Below are positions 30,915 to 42,420 of a stretch of DNA of 64,000 nt, piece after piece. The first letter of the stretch is position 1; every line of letters begins with the position of its first letter. A program made the position numbers and the translations under genes. The notes beneath the pieces are model-generated. The model was given only the letters and a program-made list of their open reading frames with translations, was not told the origin of the DNA and ran no database searches. Source of the stretch: Octopus vulgaris (taxonomy: Eukaryota); the NCBI GenBank assembly GCA_951406725.2, contig OX597818.1, positions 40,548,001-40,612,000 of the forward strand, given 5' to 3'.

Positions 30915-31207
30915 ATAATACGAAATAATGAATTATCTATAACAGCTGACGCGAGTGTCCTAATCACTTGGAAATTTTGTTATTAAAAGTTATTTTGACT
31001 CAGTGATGGAACTGTTAATTTAATCTGATAAACCGGTGACTCTATAGATTGTATAAACACGCGCACATACACACACACACACACGTGTGTGTGTATACGT
31101 ATATACATATAACATGTACTTGTATACATATGTGTGTATATGTATGTATGAATATACGTATGTATGTGAATGTGTTTTGTAATAATGTGTATATCTATAT
31201 CTATATT

Positions 31208-31271
<64 letters not shown>

Positions 31272-31392
31272 TGAGTGTGTGTGTGTATGTATGTATGAAT
31301 AGACGTATGTATGTGAATATGTTTTGTAATAATGTGTATATCTATATCTATATTTTTTCTCTCTCTCTCTTTCAGTTTATTTCCTTGTGTTG

Positions 31393-31428
31393 CTTTCTGT
31401 CGAAGAGCGTAGGCTCGAAACGTAAAAG
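31393..31428 (+). ncRNA. Minimal hammerhead-like motif with an A6U core, in a (TA)n-anchored PLE-type fragment (~31355-31518)
   Basis: cttt-CTGTCGA-a-gagc(gtag)gctc-GAAA-cg-TA-aaag. The same family occurs at 37895 and 46051. Confidence 0.6.
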
Positions 31429-31784
31429 ACTTTCTCACCTTCCCGAGCATTAAACTAATACACCTGCTTGTTGTTTATACACATGTCTTCGTCTTTTGTT
31501 TTGCTGTCAATTTCAGTTATATATATATATGTATATATATAAAGAGAGAGGGGAAGAGAGAGAGATACATATATACATACATATATATTTATATACATAC
31601 ATTTGTATATATTTAATACAAGTCGTTTTTTTTCTTCCCTAAATCAGACATCTTTATCAGTAGTTCAAGAAGATCAATGAATGAACAAAAAAAAACTATT
31701 TTTCTAGATTTATCTGGTCAAGTATTGAATGATAATAATGATGATGGTGATGATAATGATGATGACGATGACGATGACGATGAC

Positions 31785-31855
<71 letters not shown>

Positions 31856-31861
31856 TAATAA

Positions 31862-31903
<42 letters not shown>

Positions 31904-31907
31904 TAAA

Positions 31908-32004
<97 letters not shown>

Positions 32005-32005
<1 letters not shown>

Positions 32006-32693
32006 GGCACGATAGAGCTGCACAATATATTCACTGGGTAATCTGTAAAAACCTGGATTTGCCCCATGAAAAAAACTGGTGGGAACACAAACCACCCCCA
32101 GTGCTTGAAAATGACCACATCTCACTCCTCTGGAACTTCGCCATTCAAACTGACAGAAAGATAGATGCAAATAGGCCAGACATCATATTGAAAGACTTCA
32201 AACAAAGAACATGCCTCCTCATTGATATGACTGTCCCAATCGATATAAACGTATCTGTCAAGACCTACCAAAAACTGAGCAAGTATAAAGATCTTGAAAT
32301 AGAAATCAGCAAAATGTGGAAGCTGAAGACTAAAACAATACTTGTTGTCATAGGTGCCCTGGGAATGATAGCAAAAGGGGCAGATAGCTACCTAACTCAG
32401 ATACCAGGAAACCCCAAAATGGCAGAAATTCAAAAGATAGTGCTCATGGGAACTGCTCATATCCTACGCAAAATACTTTCTATGTAATCTCAAGGTTTAA
32501 AACAAACATAATTTTCGGTTTAAAAAAAAAAACAAACTTTTTTTTTTAGACATTCATTAGTACAACACCCCCACCCCCCAAATATATGGCACACTAGGCA
32601 TAACAACAACATGAACTTCCAACCCTGTTGTCTCTTGAGGTCTCTGGGTGAGACTTGGAGCCAACTTGTACAAATATAAAGCAAAAGTCAAAC

Positions 32694-32694
<1 letters not shown>
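32005..32694 (+). mobile_element. Dong/R4-clade non-LTR retrotransposon, 5'-truncated (RLE endonuclease domain plus 3' UTR), inserted in (TAA)n
   Basis: Open frame 32005-32487 reads RHDRAAQYIHW..LLWNFAIQTDRKIDANRPDIIL..LLIDMTVP..KLSKYKDL..VVIGALG, the RHD and PD-(D/E)xK motifs of RLEs. Long (AAT)n lies on both sides. Dong elements are known to target (TAA)n. Confidence 0.88.
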
Positions 32695-32738
<44 letters not shown>

Positions 32739-32747
32739 GAAGAATAA

Positions 32748-32778
<31 letters not shown>

Positions 32779-32800
32779 AAGAAGAAGAAGAAGAAGAAGA

Positions 32801-32990
32801 ATCCTTTCTACTATTGGCACAAGGCTTGAAATTTTTGGGGAGCGGACTAGTCGATTATTTCAACCCCAGTACGCAAATGGTACTTTATCGATCCCGAAAA
32901 GATAAAAGGCAAAGTCAACCTCGACGGAATTTGAACTCAGAACGTGAAGACGAACGAAATGCCGCAAAGCCGCAAAGCATAACGGTTCTG
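32801..32990 (-). mobile_element. SINE family A monomer
   Basis: Reverse complement of the family A body (gaatttgaactcagaacg) with the alternative tail. Confidence 0.8.
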
Positions 32991-33677
32991 TAAGCTCTTT
33001 CATTGTCAACCACTGAGGAGAGGATTCATATAAAAATTGGGAACGATAGAGGAAAATACAACACATATAGATTGGGATAATGATAATTCATGTTATGATG
33101 TTTGCTTTGAATCATACAAGCAGCATCGTTGTTTTCTTCTTGAACTTCTTTGAAAGTAGGAATATTTTGTGACAAGAAAAATAGATGACTGTATTTTTCT
33201 GTGACGTAGTCAGTAGGTTTATCATTTCATAAGTGCATTACAGTCGCTGGGTCTATTCTTTCAATGAAATTATCATCTATTCGTTAGATGTTTTCTTTCT
33301 TGTGCTTATGAAACCGGTAGATCGACTACCATTGTTACTGCTGTCGTTCCCAGCAGTTATTAGACGTTCTTTTGCTTGTTTCACTTTCACTTTTATGCTT
33401 TAGCTGCTTTGTTGTTCTAGTGACTACTTGGATCTCTCAGACGCATTAGACCAACACTGTCGACTCGCAATTTACTCCAGCAATAGAGTTGTTGCCAGAG
33501 TAAGTCTCCATTGAGTTACTGTTATTGGTGTCGTTGCTTCTACTACTGTTGTTGTTGTTGTTCTTGTTTAACCACAGGTTAGCTCCAGTCGAGCAATATA
33601 ATGATCAATAACGTTCTAGCTTTGTCATTTCTTTATTATTGCTCGTTCCTTTTTATTATACATTATTATACATTCAT

Positions 33678-34327
33678 AGGCGTAGGAGTGACTCTGCGGT
33701 AAGTACCTTGCTTACCAACCACATGGTTCCGGGTTCAGTCCTACTGCGTGGCACCTTGGACAAGTGTCTTCTACTATAGCCTCGGGCCGACCAAAGCCTT
33801 GTGAATGGATTTGGTAGACGGAAACTGAAAAAATCCCGTCGTATATATGTATATATATATATAAAGTTTATCCAAACAAGAAAGTACAAAAAAAAAAACA
33901 CAACAACGTGAGGACGTGGAACAAATATAGTATTATTGGACGCTCAGGAAAGAAGGAGAGATGGAGGGTTTAACGTTTCGAGCGGGGCTCTTCGTCGGAA
34001 ACATTGGAAAAGGAAAAATCCAGAGAAGGGAAGACAGAGGAAAAAAATCGCCAACGGTACACACGAGGTCACATTTTGAAAGTATATATGTGTGTGTATA
34101 TGTTTGTGTGTCTGTTTTTGTCTCCCCAACATCGCTTGACAACCGATGCTGATGTGTTTACGTCCTCGTAACTTAGCGGTTCGGCAAAAGAGACCGATAG
34201 AATAAGTACTAGGCTTCCAAAGAATAAGTCCTGGGGTCGATTTGCTCGACTAAAGGCGGTGCTCCAGCATGGCCACAGTCAAATGACTGAAACAAGTAAA
34301 AGAGTAAAAAGCGTAAAGAGTAAAGAG
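33678..34327 (+). mobile_element. SINE family B, full length, with a nested ~218-bp PLE-type fragment (33865-34082, minus) in its internal (TA)n
   Basis: Head 33678-33842 and tail ~34100-34327 are collinear with the uninterrupted copy at 3403. Confidence 0.9.
33968..34002 (-). ncRNA. Minimal hammerhead-like motif with a U4C core
   Basis: Minus strand reads gttt-CCGACGA-a-gagc(ccc)gctc-GAAA-cg-TT-aaac. Confidence 0.65.
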
Positions 34328-34839
34328 TATGTTCTACTCCTACTCGAAGAAGATTTGACTGCAATTTCTGGTAGCTTGAATGATCGTATAGAGCAGTCTT
34401 GAGAAAACTGCAGACAATGGGTCTTTCCGAATGGCACATTTATCGAAAAATTAATTGAAACTTCTTTTTTTTATTTGTGCCATCTACCTAATGATACACC
34501 ATGTTTCCTGTGGCCCCCTTCAGGAAAATAGTTGCCCATAACTGGTGCAGAGGCTCTGCACTGTAGAGACGCCTTTCTTTGGCTCTGGCGTAATTGTATT
34601 CAGCCATGATGGATGATATATATCAAACTGTTTGAGGTAAATTTGGGTCCATCATAAAAAAACGTGACACACACGAAGTTTCCGGTGTTCCTAGATATCT
34701 GTGCCTTGCTGTTTTTATGGCAACAGCTTTTCGTTCTTATTGCAGGATAGGAGAGGGATAGGTTTTATATATTGCCACGATCTAAAATATTTCATCATTT
34801 TCATCTGTCTCTGTTTTAGGTTTGATGAGGAAGATAATT

Positions 34840-35959
34840 ATCATCGCCGTCATCATCATCCTCATCATCATCATCATCATCATCATTCTCATTATTATCA
34901 CCACCACCGCCACTAACCACCACCACCACCATCAGTACTAACAGTACAGCCGCTACCGTTTCCACTACCACCACCACTACAACCACCATCACCACCAACG
35001 CCACCGTCCTCACCGCTCCCACAACCGCTGCCACGATCATCATCATCATCATCATCGTCGTCATCGTCGTCATCATCGTCATCGTCGTCGTCTTCATCAT
35101 CGTCATCGTCGTCGTCTTCATCATCATTCATCATAAACACTTATATTACATTCTGCATGTAATCGTTTTTTTCTTTTCTGATGTTTAATTTTTCAGTTTT
35201 TTTTTGTTGGTTTCCTTACTCACTATTTATTTTCCTCTCTTTACAGTACTAAAATATTATAATAAATTTATTTACAAAAAACTATTCTACTCAAATACAG
35301 CTAACCAATGGTCTGGTCAAAGACAATCCATCCATGACTATCCGTTCTGTTTATATATCAACGATTACTTTGTTCAATGTTTCCTTTTAGTTTGTTGAGG
35401 AATGGCATAAAGCAGAATTGACTTCTATTTCTAGAAGGTCAGTCTCGGCCAGGGAAGAAATGCCTTCCTTGTTAGTTCGGGCTAATGTCGTTACAGTCGC
35501 TGTTTCTTCTTCTTCTTCTTCTTCTTCTTCTTCTTCTTCTTCTTCTTCTTCTTCTTCTTCTTCTTCTTCTTCTTCTTCTTCTTCTTCTTCTTCTTCTTCT
35601 TCTTTTCTTCTTCTTCTTCTTCTTCTTCTTCTTCTTCTTCTTCTTCTTCTTCTTCTTCTTCTCTTCTTCTTCTTCTTTTTTCTTCTTCTTCTTCTTCTTC
35701 TTCTTCTTCTTCTTCTTCTTCTTCTTCTCCTCCTCCTCCTTCTTCTTCATCCTCCTCCTCCTCCTCCTCCTCCTCCTCCTCCTCCTCCTCCTCCTTCTTC
35801 TTCTTCTTCTTCTTCTTCTTCTTCTTCTTCTCCCATATCCTACACCCTATCTCTTTGTTTCTCTTATTATTGTTGTTGATTTTCTTTCTGTTTTCTATTT
35901 TTTTACTTTCTTTACTTCCGTTGTTGCTATTATTATTATCATTATCATTATCATTATTA

Positions 35960-36015
<56 letters not shown>
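34840..36015. repeat. Trinucleotide repeat cluster, including a ~330-bp pure pyrimidine (TTC)n/(TCC)n tract at 35503-35834
   Basis: Seen directly. Confidence 0.95.
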
Positions 36016-36017
<2 letters not shown>

Positions 36018-37894
36018 AGTACAGTTATTAAATTTCCCTATGTGTTCAGCTGTTGTTTTAATGGAATAGTGATCTCGTTATAGTGAAACAACAATGTAAT
36101 TACATTTATGTAGCTGTTTGTGTTGATGGATTACCATGGTTATGGATGTCGTTTTCGTTTTTGATTTTGTTTTTGTATTTTTTTTTTTTTGGTTTTCACT
36201 CTCTGCCTTCCTTTACTTCTTCCTCCTCCTCATCTTCGTCTCTTTCCCCCTGTCCCCTTCAGCTAGTCCTGTTCATAGTTATGTGTTTATTCAACAAATG
36301 TGCCGCTGTAATTGTTATGGAAATAGTTTTGTTTCCTGTAAGCACTTTGTTATTTTTTGCATATGTAAGTAATTTTCGTTTCCATTTCGGTATTTTCCTG
36401 GATATTGACTGTTGCAATCGGTAGTTGATATTAAGTAAAATTGTTTATATAATTCCCCATCTCTCTCTCTCCGTCTTTTACACATACTCTCTCTCTCTCT
36501 CTCCGTCTTTTACACATACTCTCTCTCTCTCTCCATCTCCATATCTATACCTTTCTTTCTCTCTCTTTATTTCTCTCCCTTTGTCTTTTTGTTTCTATGA
36601 CGTGTAGAAGAGATAATTGAGACTGATGATTGTTCATTCAGTTAGGTACAGCAGAATACACTGTTTGGCATCAATCCCATCAATAGTTTACCACGTCTCT
36701 ACAACGTAAAATACAAGGCAGAACTTGCGTTCGTTATATTTAAACATGGCTGCAGTTGAAGTCGAGTTTGTAAGTCATTGAACGTAAAGGCGACCATATT
36801 TTCAGGTGTAATACAGTCTAAGGATTCTATGTTCACAGGTATAATGAAGGCGAGGGAAGAAGCAATCACGTGATAAATATAAGTGAGGAAAGTGTCAGTA
36901 GAGTACCGATACCAAGAATCGAAACCAGAAGTCTTTGAGAATAGCGGATATATCATTAGCCCGTCAGTTACATCTAAACTATCTATTACCATCACACATA
37001 CACACACACACACGCACGCACACACACACACACACGCGCGCATCCATACACACATATACACACACACACATACATACACACGCACATACACACGTGCACG
37101 AGCACACACACATACACAACAACAGACAAACACACGCACGAACACATACGCACATATATGCACACATACGCTCACACATACACACACGCACTATCACACA
37201 GTCGCATTCACGCAAATGTGCATCCTTACATATATTGCAGAGATTTTCTTTCTAAGGATGCAAAATCTGAGGAATGCACATACACGCACAAATGCACGTA
37301 GAGTAATGAAACACACACTTTTGTACCAAAGAGACAAGCAGACCAATTACATGCATGGATCCCTATATGTATCTAAACATATGTATGAACACATTAGTTG
37401 AATGACATTGAAAAATCTCAGGAACAGTTATATTTCACTCAAAAAAGTTCATGTCACTTAGTTTGAATTCTTGGATTCTGTGAAGAACCGAATGATTATC
37501 CCAGAGTCATCTTAGTCGCATTATAGACCCTAGGGCAAATCAGCGCACTGGACTCTATAGAAATACGTAGATTAGAATTGAGCTCTCGGACCTCTGGGAC
37601 TCCTGGGCAACTGCCTAGTGTGCTCATATCTGAAGACGACACTGTGTCTACCTGTTCAAAGCATTTTCATGTTGATCAAAATGTCTATTCGCATTTTCAG
37701 ACATTTTGAAGAAAATAAGCTTTCCTTTCAGAAATCTCAAGTTACTTTAGTGTTGAAAAACATATGGAATGTTTAAGGTGCTATATAGGTTACATATATT
37801 ATAGGGGGAGAATTCACAAAAAAACAAAAGACGAAGACAGGTGGTGTAGAAAAGAAGCAGATGTATTAGTATAATGCTCGGGAATTGAAAAAGT

Positions 37895-37930
37895 CTTTAA
37901 CGTTTCGAGCCTACGCTCTTCTACAGAAAG
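37895..37930 (-). ncRNA. Minimal hammerhead-like motif with an A6U core, in a PLE-type fragment (~37803-37976)
   Basis: Minus strand reads cttt-CTGTAGA-a-gagc(gtag)gctc-GAAA-cg-TT-aaag. Confidence 0.6.
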
Positions 37931-38599
37931 GAACACAGAAAGAAACAAGGAGAGGAAAAAAAAGGAGAGAAAAGAATATATATTACATATATTATAACTT
38001 GATACTGAGTGGACTAAGATCCCTGTTGACATCTCCCCTGATATTTAAAATAAGGTGTTAACACTTATGGTATGCAAATTAGTAACCCCAGTTTTCTGTA
38101 GATGCTGCCATTGTTGAGTATATAAACAGATTGTTTGTTTGTTTCTCTGGTATGGGTCAAATTGATGTAAACGCCTGTGTTGAGAATCCAATAAAATTCT
38201 AAAATAGATTTTCAATCTACAGGGAAACAGCTAAATTAGCGTTGCTTGTAAAGGTAATATATAGGTTGCATGACATAAACGCTGACTCGACTTTTGAGTG
38301 GAAACCGCCTGGATATCTGGATCTTTTAAATCTTATATATATACATATAGATGGATAGATATGTAGATAATGGAACCCCTTCTGTCATGAAGAGCCATGT
38401 GAACACATCTAAAAAGTTCCCCTCCGAGGCACAAGTCCGGGCAAGGTTGTTTATGGAAGAGCAGTAGTCGCCCATACATACCAGCCTCCTCTCTCCATGC
38501 TGCCGATGTTATCCAAGGGAGATGTAAAGGCCGATACTAATAGACACCAGTGATATTGCAATTACTTTTTGTAAATTTCAACAATATATATATATAGTT

Positions 38600-38864
38600 G
38601 GCTGTACCGCTACGTTATGGGGATATAAACACACCCTCACCGGTTGTCAAGCAGTGCTGGGGACAAACGTAAACACTCACTTACAGACACACGTACACAC
38701 GACGAAGTTCTTTCAGTTTTCGTCTGCTAAATCCAGCACTCACAAGGCTTTGGTCGGCCTTGGCTATTATAGAAGTCACTTGCCTAAGGTACCTCGCAGT
38801 GGGACGGAACCCGGAACCATGTAGTTAGGAAGCGAGCTTCTTATCACACAGCCATGCCTGCACC
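38600..38864 (-). mobile_element. SINE family B, partial
   Basis: Reverse complement of the family B head and part of the tail. Confidence 0.8.
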
Positions 38865-38930
38865 TATGTGTGTGTGTATGTGTGTGTGTAGGTATGTGTG
38901 TATGTATGTGTGTGAGTGTGTGTGTGTGTG

Positions 38931-39115
38931 AGTATAGACGTGGAGGTCATCAAAGAACATCTCGACAAAGTCTCATCCGAGAAGCTAAATGAACCCACAT
39001 TGCGGCAGCTGGCCCACTGAAGAGCAGCTCCGCCCACCTCGCTACTTCCCCAGAAAGAAATCGGTAAAGACACCTAACGACACTGAAACGTGGTGGCCCA
39101 ACATATCCGCAGCGT
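38931..39115 (+). pseudogene. 3' end of a CR1/L2-group LINE (C-terminus of ORF2), decayed
   Basis: Translates SIDVEVIKEHLDKVSSEKLNEPTLRQLAH*RAAPPTSLLPQ. This resembles the FKxxLDxxLxxVPDEPT..RAAxSNSL C-terminus I recall for invertebrate CR1-group LINEs. Confidence 0.55.
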
Positions 39116-39362
39116 CTGGTGATGGGTTTATTGCGATACACGCATTTACGCTCATGCCGACTTTGCTTTCTACAAATCGGTAGACGATAAAATAAATACA
39201 GGCGCGGTATTAAGCGTGATAAAATAAACTGAAACTCTTAAAGGGGCACTAATTGCATGGTCACATTACAAAAGCTTAAAATTGTAAAATAATAATAGTA
39301 TACATACTTAGAAACACTGCTGCATACGCACACACATATTTTACATATGGAATGAGACGTTT

Positions 39363-39608
39363 GTGGAGGCGCGTGGCTTAGTGGTTAGGGTGTCAGCATC
39401 ATGATCGTAAGATTGTGGTTTCGATTCCTGGACCGGGCGACGCGTTGCGTTCTTGAGCAAAACACTTCATTTTACGTTGCTCGAGTTCACTCAGCTGGCA
39501 AAAATGAGTAGCGCTGCGATGGACTGGTGTCCCGTCCAGCTGGGAAACACTTATGCCATGGAAACCGGGAAACCGGGCCCATGAGCCTGGCTAGGCTTTA
39601 AAAGGGCT
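39363..39608 (+). mobile_element. SINE family D, full length
   Basis: A-box TGGCTTAGTGG, B-box-like GGTTTCGATTCC, tail gcgatggactggtgtcccgtccagc..gaaaccgggcccatgagcctggctaggc. Confidence 0.88.
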
Positions 39609-39737
39609 CATTTATTTTTTATTTAATGAGACGTTACGACTACGAGTATATGTATACACACACACATACATACATTCATGCAATCATACATACATTCATG
39701 CATGCATGCATGCATGCATGCATACATACATGCGTAC

Positions 39738-41372
39738 ATACATACATACATACATACATACATACATGCATGCATACACGCGTATGCATACATACACGAA
39801 TGCATAAATACATACATTCATATATACATACACACGCATACATTCATACATGAATGCATACATACATATATACAAATATACACGCAAACATATGCACACA
39901 AATATAATCGCATACATTGATATGCTCATATATACATTTATATACATATATCAAAGAAGGATCAAATCTCCTTCCCGTGCCATACGCTCATAAGGCTGGT
40001 TTTCCGCATTCTGTGCCATATATATTACCCACCTGGAAGGGACGTCGGTCTGTGGCAGGATAACTCATTTTTATCAGCTGACTGGAGTTATATGAAAGGA
40101 AGTATTTCGTTCAAGAATTGTTGTTACGTGTGTCTAAATGTGCGTGTGTGGAGGCACATGGCCTAGTGGTTAGAGCAGCGGACTAGCGGTCGAGGGATCG
40201 CGGGCTCGAATCTAATCGATGTGTGTGTTTATAGAACCACAATCTTAGTGCATGGGTGCAATAATCCTACTGCTGACCAGCCACACCCCCACATATACAT
40301 ATAAACGTACACATATATAGAACATATATATGAATAAATGTAAGTATGTATGTATGTATATATATATATGTATACCGGAATAAACAAGACTATTGTTCAC
40401 TTTCCAATATTCGCTGTTTACGTTGAAGTTTTTCATCTCTAGTATCAATAAATAACTTGGCGGCATCACTATTTCTAGCAAGTTGCTGCCAACAGAATTC
40501 GAGTGAAAAGTCTCCGGGAAAGGACGAAAGAATGAAAGGTGAAATAAGGGCTGAAGGCAGAGTATTGAAAAGTAATGGCTTTAAATAAAGCTAGGGGAGG
40601 AAATAAGGTTTTTAGAGAATGGAAAATGAAGGGAACGGTGGATTATTAGTTATGTTGTACAAAAGGTAAAGGCCGACCGGATGGAACGAAAAATAAGGAA
40701 TTAATCAAGAATGAAGGTTTATTAGGAATTGACAAGGAATTGTTAGATCAATTAGCATGGCTATTGATTAATTAAGAGGAGTATTCATGGAAGCCAAATA
40801 AAGGAACGCTTATATACATACATACATACATACATACATACATACATGCATGCATACACGCGTATACATACACGAATGCATAAATACATACATTCATATA
40901 TACATACACACGCATACATTCATACATGAATGCATACATACATATATACAAATATACACGCAAACATATGCACACAAATATAATCGCATACATTGATATG
41001 CTCATATATACATTTATATACATATATCAAAGAAGGATCAAATCTCCTTCCCGTGCCATACGCTCATAAGGCTGGTTTTCCGCATTCTGTGCCATATATA
41101 TTACCCACCTGGAAGGGACGTCGGTCTGTGGCAGGATAACTCATTTTTATCAGCTGACTGGAGTTATATGAAAGGAAGTATTTCGTTCAAGAACACACGC
41201 ATGGGCCGGTCCAGTAATCGAAACCACAATCTTAGTGCATGAGTGCAATATCCTACTGCTGACCAGCCACACCCCCACATATACATATAAACGTACACAT
41301 ATATAGAACATATATATGAATAAATGTAAGTATGTATGTATGTATATATATATATGTATACCGGAATAAACA
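39738..41372. repeat. Near-identical direct duplication: ~39738-40386 and ~40815-41372
   Basis: Long exact matches, for example atcaaagaaggatcaaatctccttcccgtgccatacgctc..gttcaagaa and aaccacaatcttagtgcatg..taccggaataaaca in both copies. Confidence 0.93.
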
Positions 41373-41432
41373 CATAAATGTGAAACAAGGTGGAAAAAAG
41401 AGTACTCAAATACCAGTGGTAGAGTAATATGC

Positions 41433-41591
41433 TTTATTTAAAGCAGCAGAAAATTCAACAAAACCTGTTACTCTGAGTTTCCCGTTGCCGTTCATCGGAC
41501 AGTTTTTGCTAGATTCTAGCAAAAACTGTCCGATGAACGCAACGGAAACTCAGTAACAGGTTTTGTTGAATTTTCTGCTGCTTTAAATAAA
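41433..41591. repeat. Near-perfect palindrome (81/77-nt arms, 1-nt centre at 41514) of a PLE-type terminal repeat
   Basis: tttatttaaagcagcagaaaattcaacaaaacctgttact..tttttgctaga-t-tctagcaaaaa..agtaacaggttttgttgaattttctgctgctttaaataaa. Confidence 0.95.
41465..41502 (-). ncRNA. Type I hammerhead-like motif with a U4C core (mirror copy at 41526-41559, plus strand)
   Basis: Minus strand reads ctgt-CCGATGA-a-cg(gcaa)cg-g-GAAA-ctc(a)gag-TA-acag, with a GNRA-type loop on stem II and a GUA cleavage triplet. Confidence 0.7.
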
Positions 41592-41793
41592 ATATATATA
41601 TATATATATATACATATAGATATGAAAGTTGGTTTGTGAAAGCACGTGGGCGAATATATAAAAAATAGTAGAGTGAAAAAACGACAGAAGGCTTAAATGT
41701 TAAAAAATATATATATTTGCGTCAATATGTCTGAAGAATATTAGAAAATTAAAAAAAAATTTTTTTTTTCCCCTTATAATGACATAATTTTTA

Positions 41794-41832
41794 AAGAAAG
41801 ACCGGTTTCGCATTTAGCTTTTCAAATTTCTT
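41794..41832 (-). ncRNA. Minimal type I hammerhead motif with a C3U/G8A compensatory core, in the PLE 3' UTR (sense strand)
   Basis: Minus strand reads aagaaa-t-TTGAAAA-gc(taaat)gc-GAAA-ccgg-TC-tttctt. It has a 6-bp stem I, a palindromic stem III (accggt) and a GUC triplet, and lies 130 nt downstream of the stop codon. Confidence 0.7.
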
Positions 41833-41961
41833 GTGACGTTATGTTTATGTTGAATAGAGTTATCCTTGTGTTTATGCTCCGGAGAGTTCTAAATAAGGGA
41901 AGGTAGTGGGTGATTTCTTCCGGTGTGAGGGAGATAATCGCTTAAAAATTTTTCCTTTCCC

Positions 41962-42420
41962 TTAATGTGAATTTCTCTGTATCAGTATGTTCGGATGGTT
42001 GAGTCTGGGCTTGTACTTTTCAATGAAGAATGTTTCCTTGTTTAGTCTAATTTGTGTTGATGATCCGAAAGCACATTGATAAAATGGAAAGATTAAAAAT
42101 TGTGGTAGTAGTTGCTTTGCGCATTTCTCAATGTGCTCACTAAAAGGTATCATTCTATATTCTGGGAATGCAATCTGTTGTCGATGCAGTGTGCATCTAC
42201 GTCTGAGTGATTGTCCCGTGGAACCCACGTAGTCTTGGTGGCAGCCCGAGCATTTTATGACATAAATTATGTTTTCAGAGGCACAAGTAAAGTTAGATTT
42301 GATCTTGAATTTCTGTCCCTCTTTAAAGAGGAATTCTGATCCTTCTAGCAGGTTTGGACATGTTGCACAGTTCGATCTACCACATTTTTTTACTTTTGCA
42401 TCCGTAATTTCAGAAGACAA
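41962..42420 (-). CDS. PLE linker plus GIY-YIG endonuclease domain (frameshifted continuation of the RT ORF)
   Basis: KCGRSNCATC linker, IIYVIKCSGCHQDYVGST..RRRCTLH..FSEH (GIY-YIG with the CCHH motif), then RLNKE..PRLN. Confidence 0.9.
   Translation of the reverse strand: MSSEITDAKVKKCGRSNCATCPNLLEGSEFLFKEGQKFKIKSNFTCASENIIYVIKCSGCHQDYVGSTGQSLRRRCTLHRQQIAFPEYRMIPFSEHIEKCAKQLLPQFLIFPFYQCAFGSSTQIRLNKETFFIEKYKPRLNHPNILIQRNSH

Noticed and set aside
31138-31356. ~70-bp local direct repeat around a (TA)/(TG) tract
   Set aside because: Ordinary slippage-type duplication of low-complexity sequence.
37502-37644. Possible hAT-type MITE (cagagtcatctt ... aagacgacactg)
   Set aside because: The terminal repeats are short and imperfect, there is no target-site duplication, and there is no second copy in the window.
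38370-38570. GC-richer block as a possible exon
   Set aside because: No sustained ORF or clear splice signals. It looks like a decayed interspersed-repeat fragment that I cannot assign to a family.
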